NCBI GenBank assembly: GCA_023920165.1
Contig: CP089279.1
Span: 1,426,001 to 1,490,000 of the forward strand
Direction: 5' to 3'
DNA: 64,000 nucleotides
Source of the DNA: Curvularia clavata
Lineage: Eukaryota
Position numbers and translations under genes: made by a program. The notes under the pieces are model-generated. The model was given only the letters and a program-made list of their open reading frames with translations. It ran no database searches and was not told the DNA's origin. Shown here one piece after another: positions 36,774-50,700 of this stretch. The first letter of the stretch is position 1. Every line of letters starts with the position of its first letter.

Positions 36774-38727
36774 ATGGGTGGCCAAAAGACAGGTGAGCAG
36801 CATTTATCATCAAGTTTGAGAATAACAAATGCTTAATCGTGTGCCACAGCTATCCTGTCAGTTTATGACAAGACCGGTCTTCTTGACCTGGCAAAAGGAC
36901 TGCACGAATGTGGTGTCCGCCTGCTTGCGTCTGGCGGCACAGCCAAGATGATTCGCCAGGCCAATTTCCCGGTCGAAGACGTCTCTGCCATTACCAAGGC
37001 GCCTGAGATGCTCGGTGGACGCGTGAAGACGCTTCACCCAGCTGTTCACGGAGGTATACTCGCACGAAACCTCGACTCGGACGACTCGGACCTCTCTGCA
37101 AACAGCATCGACAAGATTGACTTTGTCGTGTGCAACCTATACCCCTTCTCCGAGACCGTCGCCCGCATCAACGTCACAATTCCAGAGGCCGTCGAGGAAA
37201 TCGACATTGGAGGTGTCACTCTCCTCAGGGCGGCTGCGAAGAACCACGCTCGTGTCACTATCATCAGCGACCCGAACGACTACCATGACCTGCTTACCGA
37301 GCTCAAGGACAAGGGCGAGGTTTCAGAAACCAGCAGGCAGCGTTATGCGCTCAAGGCTTTTGAGCAGACTTCGGCTTACGACACTGCTATTTCGGAATTC
37401 TTCAGGAAGAAGTATGCGGGAGAGGGAGCCCAGTACCTGCCTCTCCGATACGGAGCCAACCCACACCAGAAGCCTGCTACAGTATCTATGGCAGAGAAGC
37501 CTTTGCCATTCAAGGTGCTCTGCGGTTCTCCAGGATACATCAACTTGCTGGATGCCCTGAATGCTTGGCCGCTGGTGCAGGAGCTGACCAAGGCACTAAA
37601 CTACCCAGCCGCCGCCAGTTTCAAGCACGTCTCTCCCGCCGGTGCTGCAATTGGTGTTCCGCTCAGCGAGGTGGAGCGCAAGGTATACATGGTTGACGAC
37701 ATCGAGGGCATTGAGACCTCAGGACTGGCACAGGCATACGCGAGGGCCCGTGGTGCCGACAGGATGTCAAGTTTCGGCGACATGATCGCTCTGTCAGCCG
37801 AGGTTGACGTGAGTAACCACTCAAACAAACCACTGTAACTCAATCACTGACAGGATATAGGTCCCCACTGCGAAGATCATCAGCCGCGAAGTTTCCGACG
37901 GTGTCATTGCCCCCGGATACAGTGCTGAGGCCCTGGAGATTCTCAAGAAGAAGAAGGGCGGCAAGTACCTGGTTCTCCAGATGGACCCTGAGTATGTTCC
38001 GGGCCCAGAAGAGACCAGGACCGTCTACGGCATCACGCTCAAGCAGCACCGCAACGACGCCAAGATCCTTCCTACCGACACATTCAACACCGTCATTGTA
38101 CCCAAGAACTCTCCTCCTCTGCCAGAGTCGGCTCAGCGCGATCTGACTGTCGCTACCATTGCACTCAAGTACACTCAATCAAACAGTGTATGCTACGCGC
38201 TCAACGGCCAGGTTATTGGTCTCGGAGCTGGCCAGCAGTGTAAGTGTATCCGGACTTGAACGCCAGACAGTTGCTAACCCCTGCCAGCACGTATTCACTG
38301 CACCCGTCTCGCCGGCGACAAAGCCGACAACTGGTGGATGCGCTTCCACTCCCGCACCCTCAACCTCGCCTTCAAAAAGGGCACCAAGCGGCCCTCTAAA
38401 TCCAACGCTATCGACCTCCTGTGCTCCGGCCTCGTTCCGGACTCTGGTGCTGAGCGTGAAGATTTCGAGGCCAACTTCGAAGAAGGCCAGGTTCCTCAGC
38501 CTTTCTCTGCCGAAGAGCGCAAAGATTGGCTGTCCAAGATGGAGAGTGTTGCGGTTAGCTCGGATGCGTTTTTCCCCTTCATTGACAATGTCTTTAGGGC
38601 AAAGAGGAGTGGTGCCAAGTACATTGCGGCGCCTACAGGCAGCCAGAATGATGGTGCCGTGTTTGAGACGGCTGAGAAGTTGGGCATTACGTTTGTGGAG
38701 CAGCATGTTAGGTTGTTCCACCATTAG
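36774..38727 (+). CDS. ADE17: Bifunctional AICAR transformylase / IMP cyclohydrolase (ATIC), 4 exons
   Basis: [80 protein letters not shown]; three GT-AG introns. Confidence 0.97.
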
Positions 38728-39199
38728 GGGATAGATCTTTTCTTCTTTTTTTTAGGGATTTCTTTGAGAGTAAGGGAGCATGCTAAAATGGTAGGATGGG
38801 TGATGAGAAATGAAATATGAGACAAAAATATGCATGAGATATCTCATGGGTTTTGATGCTGTTCTTCGCAAAGTGTTCGCGCTTTTTTTGATACAGGCTT
38901 CTTTCACGGAAGGAACAAATAAATTTATCGACACAGGTCGTATCTTTTTCTCCCCTTGCGAGTGTGAACAGTGAACGGCCTGCACATTGGCACTCATGTT
39001 CCTACTACACTATTTTCCATACTCAACACGTGTGTCCCAGAACAGACGCCTGGGACTATCTGCAGCTGTCAAGGCTGCTGCAGTTAGTAGCAACACTAGC
39101 TTAGTGGGGGTTTTCCTTATTGTATTTCACGTAGATTCTAATTTTATGTTTTGCATCTGCAGTCTCCTTCCGGCGTTCTCCTGTTCTAGCATTAGCTAA

Positions 39200-39560
39200 C
39201 ACTTTTATACTTAGACCACGCTGGCTGTTCTAAAACCATCGTGGAGTCTTTGTTGAACAAAACGTGATTCAAGCCTCAAGAAGAAACTAGTCATAATAAA
39301 AAAAGTATACCTGCTAAGTAATATAACGATAGGATAATGCAAGAAAAGCAAATTCCTCTTGGATAAAAAAAACCACAGTTGAACTAAGTTAGAGACTAAA
39401 AGCTATCTGTCGCCTTGAAATTATAATTCTAAGTAATCTAAACAAAGACTTATAAAGAATAGAGGGGGTTGTTTATAGCCGTTAACTGATACATCTTAGA
39501 AGATCCTAAGCAAAGGGAGTATACGTAAGAGACGTCGAGTAGAAGTCTGACATGAAACAA
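39200..39560. other. AT/TpA-rich intergenic patch, possibly RIP-degraded repeat
   Basis: Marked AT richness and TA dinucleotides by eye; no terminal repeats or transposase residues recognised. Confidence 0.25.
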
Positions 39561-40460
39561 ACCACGAGTGAGTGGCATCGAATGGGAGTATAACTTGAGA
39601 CCTCTTCGACACACGGCAAAGAAGGGACATGCTAGCTGCATTTACGAATAGTTTTCCTGCGGCGATTGATTGCATACCTACCCTATTTGTTGGGTGGCCA
39701 TCACTGCCAAGAGACGACAATAATGACGAAGACATTTCTGTTTGGCTTTGGTGGGATGTGTCGATGGAGTGTATGATAGAGATATATAACCACGACAAAG
39801 TCCAACTAGTGTGCATTTTTTCAGCATAAGTCAAGGATGGGGATGGGGATATTGAGCAGGAAAGGGGGGTTGGAGGTATGTAGGGTCGGGTTTGTTGTGT
39901 AGAGAAAACTACATGTTGGGCTGATGCATCAGGCATTAGTTGATCAAGAGTAGATTATAGTTTCATAGACATGTCGCAGTCATGTTGCTCTGGACAGCTG
40001 GGTTTCGCTGGCGTCAAAGTAGCGTGTTCTGGAAAGTGGGGCCTTGGACTGTTGCATTCTGAAGCAATTGTTCTTGCTGCTTATACTGATGCTCCTAATC
40101 CGAGCAACATAGCGAATGCCTAGCATTTAGGAAATGGAATCATCGATTATTTGCGCCGCTAACCTCCAACAATCCATAGCCACAGCTCCGTGTTGTCCAA
40201 CGCGCTAACACTTGCTATTTGCGTCAAACGGGGCAGTCCTTCGTTGTCCGGGAGACCAACCCCATCTCGGCCTAGCCCTCAACGCAAGGAATACAGGACT
40301 AGGGCGGCAGCCGCTTCACCACGAATTGTTACTCTACACCGCTTTGCTACTTTACAACACACCGCACCCACCTTACCCTTCGGCCTCAATCGCCTTATTA
40401 ACGACTCAATCCACGCATTGCGACTCGAAAAGCCCGAATTTGGTGAACAAAGTCTTCAAC

Positions 40461-40919
40461 ATGTCCGCTCAGCCAGAGAACCAGCAGATGGAGGGTGTCC
40501 AGGACCCCGCTACCGACGTCAAGGGCAAGGGCAAGGCCCAGGAAGGCGAGGCGATGGAGGAGTCTATGGATGATGACTCTAGCGATGAGTCTGGTGCTGA
40601 GGATCAGGTATGTTTCTCCTTATTCATTATTGTACCTGTTGCAAGCGCGAAACATAGCTAACATGTTCGCGTCTAGGCCGGTGAACGTAAGCACCCCTAA
40701 ATCTTCCGCGCAGAGTCTTTGTTCGAGTGACTAATAGATGAGACAGCCGAAGAGCCCGACGAGGACAACATGGAGGAGATTGAGACATCCAACATCATCA
40801 GCAGCCGCACGCGCGGCAAGAATATCGACTTCACAAAGGCGAATCAGGAGCTTGAGGGCGAGGATGACGAGGATGATGACGAGGACTTTATTGATCCTGA
40901 TGACGAGATGAAGGATTAA
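40461..40919 (+). CDS. CHZ1: Histone H2A.Z-H2B chaperone Chz1 (109 aa), 3 exons including a 10-nt microexon
   Basis: Exons 40461-40607, 40677-40686, 40747-40919 total 330 nt in frame; CHZ motif DNMEEIETSNIISSRTRGKNIDF flanked by acidic tracts. Confidence 0.9.
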
Positions 40920-42016
40920 GGGATGCATTGCCCCTCGCTTTCTTTTCGGTTCTGGGACAATTGGGTATGTGCCTTCATCTTCATTGGTGTTGGGCGAGCA
41001 AAAGCTAACCATGGGCATGGACAGGTACCCTTTGGGACGCGTAAATAGGAAATGATTTCACGGCGGTGATCTGGACGATACACGCGTATGAAAAACACGT
41101 CTGGTGTGGCGGAGGGGAGTTTGAAATCGAGGCGCGCGTGCGAGACAGACGACGAACTACCCTTTGCATCTGCGTAGCCCATCAGCGTACATAATGAATG
41201 AAACAAACAAACCAATGAATGAACGATACGCGTTATTTTTGGTGCTCAGTGGAGCCATTCTTGGCTATCGTGCCCATGGCTGATAAACATATCATCCCTT
41301 TATTTCTACAGGAGTCCAAAGACCACTAGTAGGCAAGACAGTAGATGCACTATGTTTGTTTTGCCCATTTTTTCAGTACACATGCCGCCAAATCTCATGC
41401 TTAAATTGCATGCAGCAGAGAGTTGTTAGATTTTTCCGCGTCTTGACGCGAAATGAGGGAGAAAGCACTCGAACACGATCTCGTAAAAGGGGAGGTAGTT
41501 GTTTTCACATTGTGGTACTTTGGGGGAGGGTGTAGTTTGGAAAGTAAAAACATGGAATGGAGAGCATGGAATAAGGAGAGTTGACTGATTTGCAGGATAT
41601 CCAGTGGTAATTTCTGTTAGCATTCAAAAAGTATTCGTTTGGATGTCTGGGTCGAGGGAAACGAGTATTTACCAATCACTCGAGACGGCCAAGCGCATCA
41701 ACGTTCTTAAGGGTAGTGTATGCAAGAGAAATGGTTGGCCAGCCAATTGGTCCCGAGTTGCTTGCGTGTATGTAAAGGCATATGTACACTCATACTGCAT
41801 GTACGCACATAAGCCAAGACAGGCCAGGTGCCAGCTCATGATGCCAAGATACGTCGTGTGTAGATGAGATGCTTGTTACATGATAGTATGGCCAGGACAA
41901 ACAGAGTGCTGAGTGTAGGTTCATTTTTACATCCACGTTGCAACGCTTCAAGCAGAGATTGCCACTGGGATAGATTAAGTAGCACACCCACTACCACCCC
42001 AAATCACGGGTTTGGC

Positions 42017-42053
42017 GGGGTCTTGGCGAGGGGTCGGGGATGGGGTGTCGGGG
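42017..42053 (+). other. Potential four-tier G-quadruplex (five GGGG runs)
   Basis: GGGG at 42017, 42030, 42036, 42042 and 42050. Confidence 0.5.
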
Positions 42054-44146
42054 TCGGTTTTGCAGGGTCAGGGTCTGCAAGGACGCACATCATCCACTAG
42101 GGGGGTTTGCACTACGTTATGTAAATGCCCAGGAAAGACAAGTTCAAAGTATATCAAGACGAGAAGAAGGACAAGTATCGCTAACGGGCCGTTTAGCCGT
42201 ATAGTGAGACGTTGTCATTGAAACGCAGGCTGAAATGAAAGAAGGCCGATTTGAAGATGTTTTTGAAATTGGCTTGGTGGCCCGCGTGGGGGTTTTGGAA
42301 AGAGGAAAAAAAGGGATCTCAGGTGGTTAGCTAGATCGGGTAATTCGAGAAAAGGGTCCTGTGATCTTGGCTGGCTAGTTAGTTTGGAGTGGGCGATGTT
42401 CGTATTGATTGTCGGGAGGAACAGGGGAGTCCCTAGAGATGCATATGATGAGCCGTAAATGTACGGTTCCGTCTGGTTGATATGTGAGTGAGACGGCGAA
42501 AAGAGCGGACTAATGTATAGTCGCTTGGCCATGGCTCAGTCTTGTTGGAGAGGTTGAAACTGCGGATGCTGTTGTAGCCAGCCTATTGTGAGTGTTGCAA
42601 GGGAGGATCCAGGCGTCTGGTAGTATGCCCTTTTTCTTGATGGAGAAAATCCATGTCATTGGTACACGAATCTGATCTCATCGGGCGGATCCGAGGCCCT
42701 GATTTAGTGGACAGATGCGTGCGAGATAGGGTGGACAAGTCGATTGTCTCCCGCTCGTGCTGTGCAAAAGGCCGAAGCGAAAGTATTAGGTACACGAATC
42801 CTACGGAAGTTTTTGTCGAATGGCGAGTGCAGGGTGTTTTGTACAGGTGGAGTGGTATGATTGCACTGAGCAGGCTCCTGGAATACCCGGCGCAAGACAG
42901 ACGGAAGCTGGGGCGAGGCGACATCGGCCATGGCCAGGCAGGCTCGCTTGTCCTCGTGACCTGGCTCCCGCTCTGTAGTGCCGACGTCTAGGCAGCGGGC
43001 GTTCCGATCTGTTCCGAACGTGATGGGTCGCTGTTGCCGTCTAGTCAGAACGGCCGAACCTGGGACGAGACCGGCGACGAGCAGGCAGACGGCTTTTGTC
43101 AGCCTGGACGACTGCGACGGCGGGCGTGGCTAGGTGGTGATGTTCGCTGCAATCTGCGCAGTGATGATGTCGTCGAAGAGGCGCATGCAGAAAGGAGGGC
43201 GGAGGTTCCGCTGCACGTGGCGGGGTTATAACAGGTCCCGTCCAACGAGGGGCAAGACGAGGGATGCGGTAGCGCGAGCGTCCGCCCGGAGAAGCTTGGG
43301 CAGCGATAAGGCGGGAGATGACCGCCTGGAATTACGCCAGACAAGCTTGCGAGTGCCGCCGGCCCAATGGGCGGGGGCGAGATTCAGATGATGCGGCACA
43401 TGCAAGCCCGCAGCCAAACCGACCTTCGGAGACCAGGGCGCCGGCGCACTGACGAACGACTGCAGGGCGGTCGGGCACGGCTGGCCAATGGGAACCCTGC
43501 TTATCGTCATGGAGTGGCAGAACCACCGTGGGGTAGGCGCATTTTTCCCATGCCATCACCCGCCAATACTGCCCATACCCACCCGCAACGAGCAAATGGG
43601 AGCACCCAGACGCAGTCGCAGCAGGACATCTGGCCAGTGGCAAGCGTCCGAGATTGTGCTCGTTGTGCCATAGCAGATAGACTGTCAATGAGGGAGCAAA
43701 CACCATGGCGTGCCATTGTGGCAGGAGCGGGGTGGTGGCCGCTTCCTAAAGTAAAATCATGTGCAAATCCGGTACTCTACTCTACACACTGTCCAGCACC
43801 AGCATCGTCCCACGGCAGCGGTCAACTCCACGACCAGGCAGTCCCCAGTCCGTCTGCAACGGCAAACCGACCGACAAGCCCTACAACTGACAGCAGAACG
43901 CCTCGCTCGACGCGCCTCCCGCCCCGTCATTGGACACTGCCCAAGGCAACGTGCTAGCGCATTGGGAAAATATCCACCCCACCACTTGCCTCCGCCCTCT
44001 TATGAATAAGTACTCGCACCCACGCCGCCGCCTCTCTCCTTCTCCCTCGCCTTGTACCCTCTCCATCACAATCGCTTCAGCCCGCTTGCAGGAACACCGC
44101 GAGCCCACCACAAGGCCAGTTCCATTAGCCCCCCTACGCTGACCAA

Positions 44147-44568
44147 GTAAGTCCTTTGCCTCCTGTGTCTACGCCCGCTGCACCTACCCACACCCGTCCG
44201 CCTATCCTACCGACTCTGGTGCTGCTACCCCGCGTGAGCCCATTCGTTGCCTTTCTTATCAGCGCATCATTCTGCTTGGATCGCCATTGCTCGCCACGGG
44301 ATTTGGGGAGAAGCGCCGTAGCCATGAATTGATCGTCTCTCCTTCTGCTCAAGTCAACCTCGCGACCCATCCGGTCCCATTGTTTCCTTAGTCTCGACAT
44401 TCGTTCATGGTTGCGCTCCCGCTCCGGCCCACCCCCCACTCCAATTTCTTGCTTTTGAATTGGGCCTCTGCGCACACTTGTACCACACTACCTTGACTTT
44501 CGACCCTCTTCCTCGCACTCAGCAGCCTTTCCTTCTCATACGGGTTGCAAAATTAACATCTGCCCCAG
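44147..44568 (+). promoter_or_regulatory. Predicted 5'UTR intron of GLT1
   Basis: Perfect donor GTAAGT at 44147, branch-like TTAAC near 44553, acceptor CAG at 44566-44568; preceded by a CT-rich core promoter (about 44030-44065). Confidence 0.6.
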
Positions 44569-44650
44569 ATTCCCGTGGATTCCGCAACCAACTTCAAGTT
44601 GACATAGCGAGCGACCCCGCCACACGCCTATATCGATACCACCCTTTCCC

Positions 44651-44670
44651 CAACAACAACAACAACAACA
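44651..44670 (+). repeat. (CAA)6 microsatellite in the GLT1 leader
   Basis: caacaacaacaacaacaaca seen directly. Confidence 0.9.
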
Positions 44671-44707
44671 CCAACGGAACCCAGAAATTCGGCCTTTTGC
44701 CGATATA

Positions 44708-47700
44708 ATGGGTCGGGTTTCGTTCACCGAAGATACAAAGTTGTCCCCGGATACCCAGATTGAAGAAGAGCAAACTTCGGTGTTTGCTTATCAGGATGGC
44801 CCTGAGAACAAATCTTGGGCGGGTGCCCTGCCCCTGAAGCAGGGTCTTTACGACCCAGAGCTTGAGAAGGATGCTTGCGGTGTCGGTTTTGCTGCGTAAG
44901 TGACAACCAATTGCTTTACGGAGGGCGAGTGGCCAGTGGCTAACAATTGTACAGCCATATCAAGGGCAAGGCCAGCCACAAAATTATTGTTGATGGTAAG
45001 ACACAACATTCATATACAAGAAAATCGCATGGATATAGATTGCTAACATATACATATAGCACGGTCACTGCTATGCAACATGACCCACCGAGGAGCCGTT
45101 GGCTCAGACGCACGAGATGGTGACGGTGCAGGTGTAATGACTTCCCTCCCCCACCGATTCTTCCTCAAGGAGTTCGAGCGCGACCAAGGCTACAAGCTGC
45201 CAGCTCTTGGCCAGTACGCCACTGGTAACCTCTTCTTCAAGCCAGACCCTACCATCTTGGATGAGACAAAGGCCATGTTTGAGGATGTTGCAGACCAGCT
45301 CGACCTGAGGGTGCTTGGATGGCGAGTAGTGCCCCGCGATTCTACACTTCTTGGACCCGCGGCCTTGTCGCGAGAGCCCATCATCCTGCAGCCATTTGTT
45401 GTCCTGAAGTCTGCCTACGGTGACGGCCGGGAGCCAAAGGCTGATTTCAAGGAAAAATACGACAACGCATACTTTGAGCGACAGCTCTATGTCCTGCGAA
45501 AGCGGGCTACACACGTTATTGGTCTGCACAACTGGTTCTACATTTGCTCGTTGAGCAACAGGAACATTGTCTACAAGGGCCAACTATCCCCTGTTCAGGT
45601 CTACGAGTACTACCACGATCTGCTCAATGTCGACTACGAGGGTCACTTTGCCCTGGTGCACTCGCGTTTCTCGACCAACACATTCCCCAGCTGGGACCGT
45701 GCGCAACCTCTGCGATGGGCGGCTCATAACGGTGAAATCAACACCCTACGAGGAAACAAGAACTGGATGCGGGCGCGTGAGGGTGTCATGAAGTCGACCC
45801 TTTTTGGCGAGGAGCTCGACCTTCTCTACCCCATTGTTGAGGACGGTGGATCTGACTCCGCAGCCTTCGACAACGTTCTTGAGCTGCTTACCATCAACGG
45901 CGTTCTGTCGCTCCCAGAAGCAGTCATGCTCATGGTACCAGAAGCATGGCAGGGTAACAACACAATGGACCCTGCTAAGCAGGCCTTCTACGAGTGGGCT
46001 GCTTGCATGATGGAGCCCTGGGATGGACCTGCGCTTTTCACCTTCTCTGACGGACGGTACTGCGGTGCCAACCTGGACCGAAACGGTCTTAGGCCCTGCC
46101 GTTACTACATTACCGACGACGACCGTATTGTTTGCGCATCCGAGGTCGGCACCATTTCCATTGAGCCTGAGCGGGTTGTCCAGAAGGGCCGTCTGCAGCC
46201 GGGTAGGATGTTGCTCGTTGACACTGTCGCTGGTCGAATTGTCGATGACGCCGAGCTAAAGAAGACTGTCTCAGAGCGCAACGACTTCCGCAGATGGATT
46301 GACAAGAACCTCCTGACCCTTCCTAAGATTGTTCAGTCTGTTGGTGAAAAGGGTATCGACCTTTCGTCCACACTCACTGAGACCAAGCTTCATGAGGACC
46401 CTCGTCTGCGAGCGTTTGGTTACTCTCTCGAGCAAGTCAGCTTGCTTCTTGGCCCCATGGCTGCCGACTCCAAGGAGGCTCTTGGATCTATGGGTAACGA
46501 TGCTCCTCTTGCTTGCTTGGCCACACAGCCTCGCCTGCTGTATGAGTACTTCCGCCAGCTCTTTGCTCAGGTCACCAACCCTCCCATCGACCCTATTCGT
46601 GAGGCTATTGTCATGTCTCTCGAGGCCTACGTTGGTCCTCAAGGTAACCTTCTGGAGATGGACGAGTCGCAGTGTGGCCGTCTACTTTTGCCATCCCCCG
46701 TCCTTACTCTTGAGGAGTTCAAGGCCATGACCAACGCTCACACTCTTTACCGAGAATGGACTGTCAAGAGCATTGACATCACCTTCCCCAAGAGTGAAGG
46801 CATCGAGGGATACATGAACGCCCTCGACCGCATCTGCGAGGCGGCCACAGAGGGTATTCAGGCCGGCGACAACATCTTGGTCCTGACCGATCGTGCGACA
46901 TCTGCTGACCGCGTTGCCGTATCTGCTTGCTTGGCTACTGGTATGGTCCACCACCACCTTGTCCGCAACAAGTGGCGATCCAACGTCGCTCTCGTTGTTG
47001 AGACTGGAGAGGCCCGTGAGGTTCACCACATGTGTGTCCTTGTCGGATATGGTGCTGACGCTGTCTGCCCCTACCTTGCTATTGAATGTATCTTGAAGAT
47101 GCACCGTGAGGGCGTCATTCGCAAGAACATGACCCCTGAGCAGCTCATCGAAAACTACAAGCACTCCTGCGACGGTGGTATCCTCAAGGTCATGAGTAAG
47201 ATGGGTATCTCCACTCTCCAGTCTTACAAGGGTGCCCAGATTTTTGAGGCTCTTGGTCTGGATGACTCTGTTGTCGACCGTTGCTTCACTGGAACTGCAT
47301 CACGTATCAAGGGTATGACCTTCGAGCTAATTGCAGCTGATGCCTTTGCTCTCCACGAGAGGGGCTACCCAACACGCCCCATTGTTGAGGTTCCCGGTCT
47401 TGCTGAGACTGGTGAGTACCACTGGCGTGATGGAGGTGAGCCTCACGTCAACGACCCCACCGCCATGGCCAACATCCAAGACGCTGTTCGCACCAAGAAC
47501 GACAAGTCGTACGAGGCCTACTCCATCGCCGAGTATGAGCGTATCAAGGACTGCACTCTTCGTGGTCTCTTGGATTTCAACTTTGATGACCGCACTCCTA
47601 TTCCCATCGACCAAGTCGAGCCATGGACTGACATTGTGCGCCGTTTCGTCACTGGTGCCATGTCTTATGGATCCATCTCCATGGAGTCTCACTCCACTCT

Positions 47701-50700
47701 CGCTGTAGCCATGAACCGTCTTGGCGGAAAGTCAAACACTGGTGAGGGCGGTGAAGACCCTGAGCGCAGTCTGCGCATGGAGAATGGCGATACTATGCGC
47801 TCCGCTATCAAGCAGATCGCCTCTGGACGTTTTGGTGTCACCTCTAACTATCTTGCCGATGCCGACGAGCTTCAGATCAAGATGGCCCAAGGTGCTAAGC
47901 CTGGTGAGGGTGGTGAGCTTCCTGGCCACAAGGTCTCTGGCTCTATTGCTAAAACCCGTCACTCTACCCCTGGTGTCGGTCTTATCAGCCCTCCTCCCCA
48001 CCACGACATTTACTCCATCGAAGATCTCAAGCAGTTGATCTACGACCTGAAGTGCTCCAACCCTCGGGCACGTGTATCCGTCAAGCTCGTCTCAGAGACT
48101 GGCGTTGGTATCGTCGCTTCTGGTGTCGCTAAAGCCAAGGCTGACCACATTCTCATCTCTGGTCACGATGGTGGTACTGGTGCTTCCCGATGGACTGGTA
48201 TCAAGTATGCTGGTCTTCCATGGGAGTTGGGTCTTGCCGAGACTCACCAGACTCTTGTTCTCAACGATCTTCGTGGACGTGTCATTGTCCAGACTGATGG
48301 TCAAATCAGGACTGGACGTGATGTCGCCATCGCCTGTTTGCTTGGAGCCGAAGAGTGGGGTTTTGCTACCACTCCCTTGATCGCCATGGGTTGCATTATG
48401 ATGCGCAAGTGTCACCTTAACACGTGCCCGGTGGGTATTGCTACTCAAGATCCTGAGCTTAGGAAGAAGTTCTCCGGTACACCAGAGCATGTCATCAACT
48501 TCTTCTACTACATTGCCAACGAACTCCGTGCAATCATGGCTAAGCTCGGTTTCCGCACGATTAACGACATGGTTGGTCGTTGTGAGGTCCTCCGCATCCG
48601 CGATGACCTCCGCACTGCTAAGACGGAGAACATCGATCTGTCACTGATCCTTACCCCTGCGCACACTCTCCGCCCTGGTGTGGCTACATTCAACGTCCGC
48701 AAGCAGGACCACCGACTTCACGTCCGTCTCGACAACAAGCTGATTTCCGAGTCTGAACTTGCTCTGGAGAAGGGTCTCCCTGCCCGCATCGAGTGCGATG
48801 TCGTCAACACTGACCGCGCTCTTGGTGCTACTCTCTCTTACCACATTAGCAAGCGCTATGGTGAGGCCGGTCTGCCCCAAGATACCATTCATGTCAATAT
48901 TCGTGGATCCGCTGGACAGTCTTTCGGTGCTTACCTCGCCCCTGGTGTCACTCTTGAACTCGAGGGTGATGCCAACGACTACGTCGGCAAGGGCTTGTCT
49001 GGAGGTCGTTTGATCATCTACCCTCCTCGCAACGCCGTTTACCGTGCCGAAGAGAACGTTCTGATCGGTAACGTCTGCTTGTACGGCGCGACTCAGGGTA
49101 CCTGCTTCTTCCGTGGTATCGCTGCTGAGCGTTTCTGCGTTCGTAACTCAGGTGCTACGGCCGTTGTTGAGGGTGTTGGTGACCACGGCTGCGAGTACAT
49201 GACTGGTGGTCGTGTCCTTGTTCTCGGTTCGACAGGTCGCAACTTCGCTGCCGGTATGTCTGGTGGTATCGCTTACGTTCTCGACATCCACAAGGACTTT
49301 GAGCAAAAGGTTAACCAGGAGATGGTTGAGCTCTCTGGCATTGAGGAGCCAGAGGAGATTGCCTTCGTACGAGGCCTCATCGAGGACCACCACCACTACA
49401 CTGGATCCGAGCTTGCCGCACGCATCCTTCTGGACTTCACTCGTGCTCTTTCACGCTTTGTCAAGGTCATGCCTGTCGACTACAAGCGTGTTCTCATGGA
49501 GGAGAAGGCCAAAGCTGCCGAAAAGAAGAGGAACGAGTATCCTCTTCCTCTCCTCGCCGGCAATGCCGTCCGCACCGCTCACGAAGAGTCTCGCAAGGCC
49601 GAAGCTGAGGCTGAGGCTAAGAAGGAGAAGGAAAAGAAGAGCGCCGGCCTCCTTGATATTGAGGAGAGTGTAACTGATGCCAAGGCTGAAAAGAAGAAGG
49701 CCCTGGTTCTTGACAAGACTCGCGGTTTCATGAAGTACCAGCGTCGCTCTGAGAAGTACCGCAACCCTAAGACCCGAACACGCGACTGGGCCGAGCTAAG
49801 TCAGCGTCTGAACGAGGACGAGCTCAAGTACCAGACTGCCCGCTGCATGGACTGTGGTGTGCCTTTCTGCCAGTCTGACACTGGTTGCCCAATCTCCAAC
49901 ATCATTCCAAAATGGAACGAATTGGTATTCCGTGGACAGTGGCGCGATGCTCTCAACCGTCTCCTCATGACGAACAACTTCCCCGAGTTCACCGGCCGTG
50001 TCTGCCCTGCTCCTTGCGAGGGAGCCTGCGTTCTTGGCATCAACGAGGACCCTGTTGGCATCAAGTCTATCGAGTGTGCCATCATTGACCGTGGTTTCGA
50101 GAAGGGTTGGATGATCCCTACGCCACCCCAGGTCCGCTCTGGCAAGACTGTTGCCATTATTGGCTCTGGACCTGCTGGTCTTGCTTGCGCTGATCAGCTC
50201 AACAAGGCTGGTCACACTGTCACCGTCTTTGAGCGCGCTGATCGTATTGGTGGTCTCCTCATGTATGGTATTCCTAACATGAAGCTTGACAAGAAGGTCG
50301 TACAGCGCCGTGTCGACTTTATGGCTGCCGAGGGTGTCAACTTCAAGACTGGTGTCACAGTTGGAGATGAGGGCCACCCCAGCCTTGAGACGCTGCGCAA
50401 GGAGTTTGACGCAGTCGTATTTGCTACAGGTGCCACGGTTGCTCGTGACCTGCCCATCCCCAACCGCAACTTGGAAGGCATCCACTTCGCCATGCAGTTC
50501 CTGCACAAGAACACCAAGTCTCTCCTCGACTCCGAGTTGGCTGATAATGCGTACATCTCGGCCAAGGATAAGCATGTTGTTGTCATTGGTGGTGGTGATA
50601 CTGGTAACGACTGCATTGGTACCTCTGTTCGCCATGGTGCCAAGTCCGTTGTCAACTTCGAGCTGCTACCTCAGCCTCCGGCAGAGCGCGCCCGAGACAA

